NCBI GenBank assembly: GCA_964480345.1
Contig: CAYZNW010000001.1
Span: forward strand, 82,137 to 146,136
Source of the DNA: an uncultured Candidatus Saccharibacteria bacterium
Lineage (GTDB): Bacteria; Patescibacteriota; Dojkabacteria; SC72
Direction: 5' to 3'
Length of the DNA stretch: 64,000 bases
The translations under genes and the position numbers were made by a program. Position 1 is the stretch's first letter. Each line of letters starts with the position of its first letter. The notes beneath the pieces were generated by a model, which made no database searches, had not been told where the DNA came from, and saw only the letters and a program-made list of their open reading frames with translations. Shown here piece after piece: positions 39,412-48,313 of the stretch.

Positions 39412-39511
39412 ATAGGCAGATTCTACTAAAGTTTAGCAGAATATTAAAGAAAAGAGTACAGGTATATACATAGATAAAACCATTCTATGTTATGTAGTAT
39501 ATAATGTAATT

Positions 39512-40282
39512 ATGAATATTAGAGAAAAAATAGAAGAGTTAAGGGTATTTCGCTCTCTCATAGGTATTCCTTTGGAGAAAGTTGATATAGATAGAATATG
39601 GGGTGGAGAGAATGATAGTAGTAAACAGGTTATGAGTGAAATTACAAAAAGTAAGGTTCAGATTTTGGAAGAGAATTTAAATAAATTGATGTTTTTAAAT
39701 AAGGTTAAATTTATTGGGATTTCTGGTTCAGTAGGAGCAGGTTTTGCTACTGAAGAAGATGATATTGATTTGTTCATAGTAGTTGAGAATAACTGTATGT
39801 GGCTTTACAGATTCTATCTTGAAATCTTTAATCTCTTTCACAATAAGATTCGATCCAAAAGACACGGTAATAAAATTAAGGATAAGTTATGTATTAATTT
39901 AATTGCTGAAGAAAGAGGTTTAGAGTTTCAAAACGACATATTTAATTTTCATGAATTAATGTATTTAATACCTGTCTATAATAAAGAGTATTTACACTAT
40001 ATTTATTCTAGAAATAATTGGCTTGTTAATGATTGGGGAGTAAAAGTAAATTTGTTGGAAACAGAGGTAGAAGAAAAAAGAAGTAATAATATCATTATTA
40101 AAATATTAAACTTTAAGTCATTTTTGCTTCAGTTACTATTCATGATTTTGTTACAACACTCGCCTGAGATAGATAGAATAATAAGAAACAATAAAGTAGG
40201 GAGAATAGAGTTCTTTCCTGCAAATTTTAGAAAGAGTAAAATCTTGAAATATCAGAAAGAACTAAAGAAAAATATTCATTAA
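39512..40282 (+). CDS. Pol-beta-superfamily nucleotidyltransferase-domain protein
   Basis: GISGSVGAGFATEEDDIDLFIVVEN is the GS-x(9-13)-D-x-D minimal NTase signature. 256 aa with a helical C-terminal half. No HEPN or effector partner is adjacent. Confidence 0.55.
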   Translation: MNIREKIEELRVFRSLIGIPLEKVDIDRIWGGENDSSKQVMSEITKSKVQILEENLNKLMFLNKVKFIGISGSVGAGFATEEDDIDLFIVVENNCMWLYRFYLEIFNLFHNKIRSKRHGNKIKDKLCINLIAEERGLEFQNDIFNFHELMYLIPVYNKEYLHYIYSRNNWLVNDWGVKVNLLETEVEEKRSNNIIIKILNFKSFLLQLLFMILLQHSPEIDRIIRNNKVGRIEFFPANFRKSKILKYQKELKKNIH

Positions 40283-40289
40283 TTTTTAA

Positions 40290-41333
40290 TTATTCCAATT
40301 CGTTTAAATCAATCATCTGTGCTTTTGCTCTGATTTTTGTAGGAAGATCTTTGTAATTAATTAGAGTAATAAAAGTTTGTTGCTTCTCTAATCCTTTTAA
40401 ATCAAATATTGAGTTTGTATTGTTTTTATCTAGTTCTGAAGCTATATCATCAAGTAGTAAGATAGGGTAGTAATTTAACTTTTCATTAATTATATCTTGA
40501 GTTTTGAAAATCAGCTTCCCTATAGATAATCTTTTCTCTCCTCTTGATCCAAATTTCCTAATATCTTTCCCATTAATTAATTTCCAGTCATCTCTGTGAG
40601 CACCAACATTTGTACAACCAGTAGCAATATCTCTTCTTTTAGAATTTTCTAAAGCCTCACTTAGAGTAATATCTCCATTTGATTTTATATATTCAATATG
40701 AATATCGTTTGAGTGTATTGAGTCTGCAATCATTAATCTTTGCTTCTGTATACTGTCAGACAACTTTGCGAATTCCGATGTCCAGAAGTTTAGTTGTACA
40801 TCATTTCTTGCAATAATTCCGTAATCGTAAAATTTCTTAGCAAGTTTTTTGAGATGAGCATTTCTTTGTCTTAATACTTTTCTAAAGAGAGTTAAAGTTT
40901 CGATATATTCATAATTTACAGTTGATATTACTTCGTCTAAAAATTTTCTTCTTGCAGATGACGAGATCATTAAAATTTCAATTTGCTCAGGATTGAAAAT
41001 TGTAGAAGCATTCTCTTCGAAAAATTTCTTTGGAGTAGTATTTCTATCATCAATCTTTAGTACTCTTTTATTTGCATTCCTAAAAAAAGAGTATTTCTTT
41101 CCATTACTTTCTATTTCTATTCTTGTATGTTTGTCATTTTCTTTTTGATTAGTGTTAATGAATTCGTCACTTATAGCCCATGGAGACTTCCCATTTGTTA
41201 GAAGGTATATAGCTTCAAGTATTGTACTTTTACCTTTGGCATTATTACCGTGTAATACAACTATCTCCTTGGTAATATCCAAGTCTAATGTTTTAAATCT
41301 TCTAAAATTTGTTAGTTTGATATTTGTAATCAT
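40290..41333 (-). CDS. recF: DNA replication and repair protein RecF
   Basis: Walker A is HGNNAKGKSTILEAI. Signature and Walker B are ILLLDDIASELD. Its start overlaps the lepA stop by 1 nt (ATGA). Confidence 0.85.
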   Translation of the reverse strand: MITNIKLTNFRRFKTLDLDITKEIVVLHGNNAKGKSTILEAIYLLTNGKSPWAISDEFINTNQKENDKHTRIEIESNGKKYSFFRNANKRVLKIDDRNTTPKKFFEENASTIFNPEQIEILMISSSARRKFLDEVISTVNYEYIETLTLFRKVLRQRNAHLKKLAKKFYDYGIIARNDVQLNFWTSEFAKLSDSIQKQRLMIADSIHSNDIHIEYIKSNGDITLSEALENSKRRDIATGCTNVGAHRDDWKLINGKDIRKFGSRGEKRLSIGKLIFKTQDIINEKLNYYPILLLDDIASELDKNNTNSIFDLKGLEKQQTFITLINYKDLPTKIRAKAQMIDLNELE

Positions 41334-43156
41334 TATGTCTTCAATATAGCAAGAAAAGCATCTTGAGGTATATTTACCTGTCCTACCTGTTTTAATCTCT
41401 TCTTTCCTTTCTTCTGTTTCTCTAAAAGTTTTTTCTTTCTTGAATAATCTCCACCGTACAGTTTTGCAGTAACGTCTTTTCTAAAAGCCTTCACATCTTC
41501 TCTTGCTATTACCTGTGAACCAATTGTAGCTTGAAGTGGAATTGAGAATTGTTGCCTTGGAATAACCTCTTTCATTACTTCTAAAAGCTTGACTGCTTTA
41601 GATCTAGCATCTTCTCTTACCTCGAGAAAATCTAAAACAGATACCTCTTCATGATTAACTAAAACTGAAACTTTTACTATGTCTGAAGGAAAGTAATCTA
41701 TAAATTCGTACTCCATAGAAGCATACCCACTAGAGATATTTTTTATCTGATCAAAAAAATTAGAAATTAATGAAGCTAGAGGCATATCGTATTCTAATAC
41801 AATGTACTGATCTGTAAGCTGTATATCATTACTGTTAGAATTAAGATATTTTGTATTTACATACTGTCCTCTTTTTAATTGGCACAATTTCATTAAATCT
41901 CCTATGTATCTATCAGGAGTCATAATCTCTGTTCTTACCCAAGGCTCTCGTATCTCTTCAATTTCTTCTGGCTCAGGTAATTCTTGTGGAGTTTGGATTG
42001 TCATCTCTTCTCCATCTGTTTTGGTAATTTGATACTCTACAGTAGGTGCAGTAACTATTAAATCTACATCATATTCTCTTTCTAATCTCTCTTGAATAAT
42101 TTCCATATGTAAAAGTCCTAGGAAACCACATCTAAAACCTGATCCTAATAGATTTGATCTCTGATTTGTAAAAGAGAGGGAGGCATCATTTAATGAAAGT
42201 TTTGTTAATGCTATCTTTAGATTCTCATAGTCATTTGGATCTGTTGGAAAAAATGTTGCAAACATATTTGGTTTTGGAATCTGATATCCGTGTAAAGGTT
42301 TAGTTTCTAGATTATCTGAGATAGTATCTCCAACGGTAAAACAGCTAATATCTTTCATACCTGTTGCAATATATCCTACTTCTCCTGCATTTAATGTTTC
42401 TATCTGTTCTAGATTAGGATTAAATATACCTATCTCTGTAGGTTTAAATTGCATCTTCTTCTGAATCATATATAGGGGAGAGACTTTACCTGGAGTAAAA
42501 ACAATTTGTCCATCAAATAGTCTGACAGCTATGACTACTCCTCTATGTTCATCGTAGAAAGAATCAAATACAAGTCCACTTAATGGCTTGTTAATATCTC
42601 CAGTAGGTGATGGTGATTGTTCTACTATGGTATCTAAGAGCATCTCAATATTCTCTCCGGTCTTTCCAGATACTTTTACAATTTGGTCTTTTGTAAAGCC
42701 TAGTAATGCTTCTATCTCTTTCTCTCTCTGTTCAATATTTATATCTGGTAAATCTATCTTATTTATGACTGGAATTAATTTAAGTCCTAATTCCATAGCT
42801 TTGCGTGTGTTTGAAATAGTTTGTGCTTGTATACCTTGGCTAGCATCGATTAGTAGTAATGCAGATTCGCATGCTGCAAGAGATCTCGATACTTCATATG
42901 AGAAATCTACATGTCCTGGAGTATCTATTAAGTTTAACTCATATCCCTTCCAATTCATTTTGCATGCTTGAAGTTTAATAGTTATTCCTTTCTCTTGTTC
43001 TAAATCAAGCCTATCTAATACCCTTTCTTTTCTTTTCTCTCTACTCAGATCTTTATGTGTAGCCTCCAGCATTCTATCAGCAAGTGTAGATTTGCCGTGA
43101 TCTATATGGGCAATGATTGAGAAATTTCTAATTTTTTCTAATCGCATAGATGACAT
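41333..43156 (-). CDS. lepA: Translation elongation factor 4 (LepA)
   Basis: IRNFSIIAHIDHGKSTLADRMLE, NLIDTPGHVDFSYEVSRSL and the LepA-specific C-terminal domain (...AFLAILK). Confidence 0.95.
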   Translation of the reverse strand: MSSMRLEKIRNFSIIAHIDHGKSTLADRMLEATHKDLSREKRKERVLDRLDLEQEKGITIKLQACKMNWKGYELNLIDTPGHVDFSYEVSRSLAACESALLLIDASQGIQAQTISNTRKAMELGLKLIPVINKIDLPDINIEQREKEIEALLGFTKDQIVKVSGKTGENIEMLLDTIVEQSPSPTGDINKPLSGLVFDSFYDEHRGVVIAVRLFDGQIVFTPGKVSPLYMIQKKMQFKPTEIGIFNPNLEQIETLNAGEVGYIATGMKDISCFTVGDTISDNLETKPLHGYQIPKPNMFATFFPTDPNDYENLKIALTKLSLNDASLSFTNQRSNLLGSGFRCGFLGLLHMEIIQERLEREYDVDLIVTAPTVEYQITKTDGEEMTIQTPQELPEPEEIEEIREPWVRTEIMTPDRYIGDLMKLCQLKRGQYVNTKYLNSNSNDIQLTDQYIVLEYDMPLASLISNFFDQIKNISSGYASMEYEFIDYFPSDIVKVSVLVNHEEVSVLDFLEVREDARSKAVKLLEVMKEVIPRQQFSIPLQATIGSQVIAREDVKAFRKDVTAKLYGGDYSRKKKLLEKQKKGKKRLKQVGQVNIPQDAFLAILKT

Positions 43157-43188
43157 TATATCATCAAAAGGTTATTGTGGAGGAGTAC

Positions 43189-43749
43189 TTACTTAACTGA
43201 TATATTCATTTTGAACTCTTCGGAGAATTGTACACTGTTAAGACTTTCTACTACTAAAAAGATAGTTTTCTCTTCGTTAGGTTCTATCTCTATCTCTTGT
43301 GAATATGTTATTCCTGTATCAGCCTGTATCTTGTAAGCCTTATCTTCGATATTTAGAAGTATATTAGATCTTGTATTGATCGTAGTTCCTCCGTTGAAAA
43401 GAAAAGTCATTGGTTCACTACCTTTATTTTTTATTTTCAAAATTGGCTTAGAGTATCTATCATTTGATCTTTTTCCTATACTAGTACTATATTCGAAATT
43501 ATCTTTGTTTTCTAACTCTCTAAGCTTCTCTGATGTAAAAATCTTATGTCTTCCCTCAACTAAACTAATAGTATAGTTTGATTGTGTGGTTACACCGAGT
43601 ACATCCAGTTTCTTTAACTGTCTTGTTATTGGACTAATGTTTAAAACAGAGAGAATAGGGATTACAAAAACTAAAACGAGAGCGACTATGATAACAGGTT
43701 CTAATACCTGAGAAGCTATCTTTTTGATTTTTGATTTATCGTTGGGCAT
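43189..43749 (-). CDS. Hypothetical membrane-anchored protein
   Basis: An N-terminal TM helix (VIIVALVLVFVIPILSVL). The remainder is predicted extracytoplasmic and beta-rich, with no motif. Confidence 0.35.
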   Translation of the reverse strand: MPNDKSKIKKIASQVLEPVIIVALVLVFVIPILSVLNISPITRQLKKLDVLGVTTQSNYTISLVEGRHKIFTSEKLRELENKDNFEYSTSIGKRSNDRYSKPILKIKNKGSEPMTFLFNGGTTINTRSNILLNIEDKAYKIQADTGITYSQEIEIEPNEEKTIFLVVESLNSVQFSEEFKMNISVK

Positions 43750-43753
43750 ATGT

Positions 43754-44302
43754 TTAGTAATATATGTTCTCCTTAGGATATATCTTATCAGTTTCTAATT
43801 GATATGTCTTCATTGTTCCCCATATTGCAAGTATTCCTATTACAAAAGCAATAGTTCCTGTCCATCCATATGCATTATTTTGTACTGAGTGTGCTACTGT
43901 GATTGCTGAGGAAACAATTAGAAAAGAAGCCCATATGAAAATTTGTAAGAAAGAAGTACCTTTTTTTGTTATCCATCTAAGTAGATTTAGTTTCGTTATC
44001 TTAACTATAGTTCGAGGGTTTTGGAGAGTAGTTTGATACAGTAAGGTTTTAGTTATGAGGTAGAAAGTAGGGATAGCTAGCATAGCTATCATGATGATAT
44101 CTGAGATTGAGTTTACAAATATAGTGGAAGATGGATCTGTATAGCAGATCTGAACAGAGTAGATTCCTTCTATTTGGTTATCTATGTAGTAAGTAAGATT
44201 GTACAGTGAACTAACACCTAAAATCCCTAAGAACTTTGCTGCAACCATTATTATTGCAGGCCATATTGCTATTCTAAGTGTTTTTCTTAGAAGTTTTGAC
44301 AT
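43754..44302 (-). CDS. Hypothetical integral membrane protein (4 TM)
   Basis: Four hydrophobic helices. Its 5' end overlaps the rpsT stop by 29 nt, and an internal Met 18 codons downstream is a plausible alternative start. Confidence 0.3.
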   Translation of the reverse strand: MSKLLRKTLRIAIWPAIIMVAAKFLGILGVSSLYNLTYYIDNQIEGIYSVQICYTDPSSTIFVNSISDIIMIAMLAIPTFYLITKTLLYQTTLQNPRTIVKITKLNLLRWITKKGTSFLQIFIWASFLIVSSAITVAHSVQNNAYGWTGTIAFVIGILAIWGTMKTYQLETDKIYPKENIYY

Positions 44303-44570
44303 TATTTTTGGACAGTTTGTTTAAATTTTTGGTAAGTCTAGATTTTAATCTATCTGCCTTACCTTTTTTGATAACATTTTTCTTTGCTGATTTATCGAGG
44401 ATTTTATACACATTTTTGATATGTTTCTCTCCTGCAGCGATATCTCCTTTACTTATTAATGTCTTATGTTTTTTGATAGCTTTCTTTAAACGATTTCGTA
44501 CTCTATCATTAATGATATTTTTTCTCTTATTTTTTCTTAAATCTTTAATCGAAGTTTTTAGGTTAGGCAT
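44274..44570 (-). CDS. rpsT: 30S ribosomal protein S20
   Basis: MPNLKTSIKDLRKNKRKNIINDRVRNRLKKAIKK... is a basic helical bS20. Confidence 0.85.
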   Translation of the reverse strand: MPNLKTSIKDLRKNKRKNIINDRVRNRLKKAIKKHKTLISKGDIAAGEKHIKNVYKILDKSAKKNVIKKGKADRLKSRLTKNLNKLSKNNVKTSKKNT

Positions 44571-44666
44571 CTGATTGTTCTATTAATATAATTAGTTATT
44601 AAATCAAGCAATTATATACATAATATTTAAGTTTGTAAACATTATCTTTTGTGTTAAACTTTTATT

Positions 44667-45095
44667 ATGTTAAAAAGTAGAAAAGTTAAATTAATACTTT
44701 CTTCTATTCTTGTATTTATTTTTGTTTTCCTTTCTATAGTATATGTTATTGTACGAAAGAATGGGCAGAATATTAAGGGATTGTCTGATTCGAAGGTAGA
44801 GATTTCTTTAGATGAGGATAGGGTGCCGTATATATACTCTTTAGCTCCTGTTGGTGTAGTTGCTGGAGAGGAGTATGTCTATGTCCCAAGGTTTGGCGAT
44901 TCTGATAATCAATTATCTGAATTGAGGTTAAGTTTGATAGAAGCACCATCTTGGCTGTTTTTGGAAAATGGTGTTGTTACTGGATTTGCTCCAGTTGACT
45001 CTGGTTCAAAGACATATAAATTTGTTATTAGGATATCTGATGGGTATAATTCATCTGATCAAGAGAATTATATAGTTGTTTTGGAAAATGAATAG
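44667..45095 (+). CDS. Membrane-anchored protein with putative Ig-like (He_PIG/cadherin-like) domain
   Basis: A TM anchor followed by YIYSLAPVGVVAGEEYVYVPRFGDSDNQLSELRLSLIEAPSWLFLENGVVTGFAP...YKFVIRISDG, the typical He_PIG pattern. Confidence 0.4.
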   Translation: MLKSRKVKLILSSILVFIFVFLSIVYVIVRKNGQNIKGLSDSKVEISLDEDRVPYIYSLAPVGVVAGEEYVYVPRFGDSDNQLSELRLSLIEAPSWLFLENGVVTGFAPVDSGSKTYKFVIRISDGYNSSDQENYIVVLENE

Positions 45096-45492
45096 AAAAA
45101 TTTTTATAATCACAGGTGTTTTTTCAGTAGTCGTGATAGTTCTATCATCGATTCTTCTTCTGTCAAAAGAGGTTGGAAGTTTTAATCCGTTCTCTTCTAA
45201 TAGTAGTTGTACTCCGTATAATGTTTTTGTATCAAAAGGGGAGGTTGAGTACTCTGCACAGATAGAGTGGTATACAAAAGGGAAATGTATAGGTTTTGTT
45301 CGGTATGGAAAAGATATTAGCAAGATGGAAAATGTGTCATTGGATTCACTTGGAGGTTCTAGAGAAAATTTCCATAAAGTGGTTATTGAGAAGCTTGTTA
45401 GTTCAGAAAGATATTACTATCTAATTACATCTGGAGATCAGAGCTACGGAAGTAATGGTGCTCCACTTCAATTTACTTTAGACAATCTTTAA
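45076..45492 (+). CDS. Hypothetical membrane-anchored secreted protein
   Basis: An N-terminal TM anchor and a beta-rich ectodomain. Overlaps the previous gene by 20 nt. Confidence 0.35.
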   Translation: MFWKMNRKIFIITGVFSVVVIVLSSILLLSKEVGSFNPFSSNSSCTPYNVFVSKGEVEYSAQIEWYTKGKCIGFVRYGKDISKMENVSLDSLGGSRENFHKVVIEKLVSSERYYYLITSGDQSYGSNGAPLQFTLDNL

Positions 45493-47270
45493 TTTCTTTT
45501 TGAGACTTTCTTAATTGTTTTCTTTTCGAAATATTTCTTTGGTTCGAATACTTTAAGAGATGCCATTTCAGCTTCTTTGTATACTCCAGAGTCAGTTAAT
45601 TTCTTTGCAACAACTCGACCAAAAGGTCTGTTATGTATATACCATCCAATTAGTACTATTGCTAAACCTATGATTATTCTAGCTATTGTAGAATCAAATA
45701 TTCCTGTCTGAGGCTGTTGAGAAGGAGTAGTAGGAGTGGTAGTTGGAGTTGTTGGAATAACTGCATTTGGATTTGTACAATCTTGTGCTACTTGTATTGT
45801 GTACTCTGCTCGAAGTTGTGTAGGATCTGTAGGTATTTGTGCTGGTGTAATGACTACTTCATTCTGGTTATTACCTGTGATAGCATTTGCTCCAGCTTCT
45901 GTAGTAAATGATATTATTAATGTTTGTAGAGGAGATATTGACCAACCTTCTGTTTTTGACCACACTAATTCTTTAGTGTCTCCAATGGTTGTTTGTTTGA
46001 GGTAATCGTTATCTTTTACTACTACACCATTTATCTTTGAGCTCTCTGCTATGTATGTAAATCCTAGTGGTAATTTATCTTTGATTGAGTTTACTACCTG
46101 TGCAGCTTTACTGTTGTTTTGTACTGTTATTGAAACTACTACTTTATTGGTAGGTGCTACTCTTTCTACACATGTTAGATTTCCATCTGCAGTAACTTTG
46201 AAGTTGGATTCTTCTTCTCCTGTTTGTACAGGTGTTGTTGACGCAACAGTGTATGTAACGGTTTTAGTAGTTTCTCCAATTGTTGTACTATCTGTAGCAT
46301 TGTTTAATTTCATAGCTATTCCGACCTCTCCTTCATAACCATCTAGTTGGGAGAAGGTAACTCCATCTGCAAAATTAGATGGATTGTAAAGCTCTTGACC
46401 GAGTATAGAGATCTCTCCTTTTGCTGAGTCAAGGACGAATCCTTTCTGCATAGTTATATTTTGGTGTCTCTTTGTATCAAAAGAGAAGAGTAGTTCTAAT
46501 TTAGTTCCTTCTGCAATGTTACCTACACTAATATTCATTCCAGAAAGTCTAAATTTACCATCTGTAGTAGAGGTGGTAATCATTAGATTATTAACACTAG
46601 AGGAAGAGGTTTGTTCGACATCTACTAACCTACGACATATTGGAGAGTTTATGGTATCTCCTGTGGGTGTAGTAGCAGTAGCCATTATATTTAGAGAAGT
46701 CTTAGTGAATTTGGATAGCTCTTTTTTTACTGTTAGTTTATCTGCAGAAACAGTATCAGGCTGTTCCGGTTCGTTATTTACAATTATTTGATGATTTGTA
46801 TACTCTTTATCAAACTTTGCTTCTATTGTAATTACATCGTCAGGAGATATTTTGCCTGTAACTATTTTTCCATCTTCATCTTTTATTGTCATTTCATAAC
46901 ATCTTGTATCTTGAATATTGTCTAATTGGCAAGATTTGTATAGGTTCTGTTGAGTATCACTGTTTAAAAGGTTTGTAGTTATGGAGCTAGGAGGACATGA
47001 TGCTTGGCATGTATCTCCAGAACTAGACTTGGCAATGTTAAAGATGAAGCCTCGTCTAGGGTCTCCGCATTCTGATATAACTGCAGGGTCTATGAAATAG
47101 CAAGCACATGTTTTCTCAGTTGTTTTTCTATCCTCATCACTATCTTTAATTAGATAGAAGTAAACAGCTACAGCTATGAGTGCAAGCCCTAATATTCCAA
47201 TGAAAATTAACAAAATGGTAGTAATTCTTTTTGGTTTTTTAACTGTGGTTACTCTTCTAGTTTCTTCCAT
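45489..47270 (-). CDS. Large surface protein with N-terminal anchor, Cys-containing ectodomain, Thr/Pro linker and C-terminal PQTG-hydrophobic-basic segment
   Basis: The N-terminal TM helix is ITTILLIFIGILGLALIAVAVYFYLI. The C-terminus reads TTPTTTPTTPSQQPQTG-IFDSTIARIIIGLAIVLIGWYI-HNRPFGRVVAKK..., which resembles a sortase sorting signal (motif, hydrophobic helix, basic tail) with a longer tail. Confidence 0.45.
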   Translation of the reverse strand: MEETRRVTTVKKPKRITTILLIFIGILGLALIAVAVYFYLIKDSDEDRKTTEKTCACYFIDPAVISECGDPRRGFIFNIAKSSSGDTCQASCPPSSITTNLLNSDTQQNLYKSCQLDNIQDTRCYEMTIKDEDGKIVTGKISPDDVITIEAKFDKEYTNHQIIVNNEPEQPDTVSADKLTVKKELSKFTKTSLNIMATATTPTGDTINSPICRRLVDVEQTSSSSVNNLMITTSTTDGKFRLSGMNISVGNIAEGTKLELLFSFDTKRHQNITMQKGFVLDSAKGEISILGQELYNPSNFADGVTFSQLDGYEGEVGIAMKLNNATDSTTIGETTKTVTYTVASTTPVQTGEEESNFKVTADGNLTCVERVAPTNKVVVSITVQNNSKAAQVVNSIKDKLPLGFTYIAESSKINGVVVKDNDYLKQTTIGDTKELVWSKTEGWSISPLQTLIISFTTEAGANAITGNNQNEVVITPAQIPTDPTQLRAEYTIQVAQDCTNPNAVIPTTPTTTPTTPSQQPQTGIFDSTIARIIIGLAIVLIGWYIHNRPFGRVVAKKLTDSGVYKEAEMASLKVFEPKKYFEKKTIKKVSKRN

Positions 47271-47347
47271 TAATTAAGGGCAGCAAAGGTTATGGTTATC
47301 ATTTCTATTATAGAGTTTAAGTTAATATATTGCATGTGTCAATAAAG

Positions 47348-47369
47348 AGGTCTGCCCTAGGTCAGACCT
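47348..47369 (-). terminator. Hairpin overlapping the holA stop codon (candidate terminator)
   Basis: A 7-bp stem AGGTCTG/CAGACCT with a loop containing the CCTAGG palindrome. On the minus strand it is followed by CTTTATT. The T-tract is weak. Confidence 0.3.
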
Positions 47370-48313
47370 GTTGAGATGTATGGAAGTAGTAATGTCAGGC
47401 CAAGATTTCCATCGATGATTCCTTTCTTAATTTGATAGTCTAAATTTCCCATTTTGGTATAAAGTTTTTTGATTTTGTCGTCGGAGTATCTTCTGGAAGT
47501 TTTAAGTAAGGAGGGAACAGTGAAAGGTGGTACTTTTAATGAGGAGGCTATTTCTCTGTAATTTCTATTTTCTTTATCTAGGAATTTTGTCAAGGTAATC
47601 AATCGTAAGTTTCTAGCTAGCATTGAGATTATGTAATTTGGATCACTGTTTTGTAGCTTTAATTTCTCTAAAATTTCCATGCTACTTTTATTGTCTTGGT
47701 TGTTTATAGAATCAATCAGATTCCATATGTCTTTCTCTAATGTATCACTAACAATATTGTCAATATCTTCTTTGTTGATTGTGCTTCCTTCTTCATTAAG
47801 AAGTAATTTCTTCAACTCATTGTTACATCTCTCAGGATCGTAATTGGTCTTTTCTGCTAATTCTTTTAAAGCGATACTGTCTATTTTAATGTTTTTTTCT
47901 TGAAGTATTTGTTTAACCCATGAGAAAAATGTTCGCTTATTTAATGCTTCACTCTCTTCTACAGAATCATTTTGTTTAAAGAATTTGTAATATTTGGTGT
48001 TAGATTTAATCTTTTGATCTTCCCAAAAAACAAAGAGGTTAGGGGATTTGTCTTCTTTTATTATTAGTAGTAATTCATCGAGAAAAGAGTCTTTCTTTTT
48101 ATTTCTATATATTCTTTTTATGAATATGAGTTTTCTTTTTGCAAAGAGATTTTGAGATGAAATACTATCTATTATTTTCTCTTGATCGGTAGAATCAGCT
48201 TCTATTGGAAGTATTTCGATCTCGGTATCTTTCTTCTCTTCATCTTTAATATATGTATGCGCGGATTTTAATGAAAGATAGGAAGAAGATCCGTGATATA
48301 GTTTGTATGCCAT
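47357..48313 (-). CDS. holA: DNA polymerase III delta subunit-like protein
   Basis: The N-terminal YKLYHGSSSYL... block and an all-helical C-terminal domain match the HolA layout at 318 aa. Sequence similarity is weak. Confidence 0.5.
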   Translation of the reverse strand: MAYKLYHGSSSYLSLKSAHTYIKDEEKKDTEIEILPIEADSTDQEKIIDSISSQNLFAKRKLIFIKRIYRNKKKDSFLDELLLIIKEDKSPNLFVFWEDQKIKSNTKYYKFFKQNDSVEESEALNKRTFFSWVKQILQEKNIKIDSIALKELAEKTNYDPERCNNELKKLLLNEEGSTINKEDIDNIVSDTLEKDIWNLIDSINNQDNKSSMEILEKLKLQNSDPNYIISMLARNLRLITLTKFLDKENRNYREIASSLKVPPFTVPSLLKTSRRYSDDKIKKLYTKMGNLDYQIKKGIIDGNLGLTLLLPYISTGLT

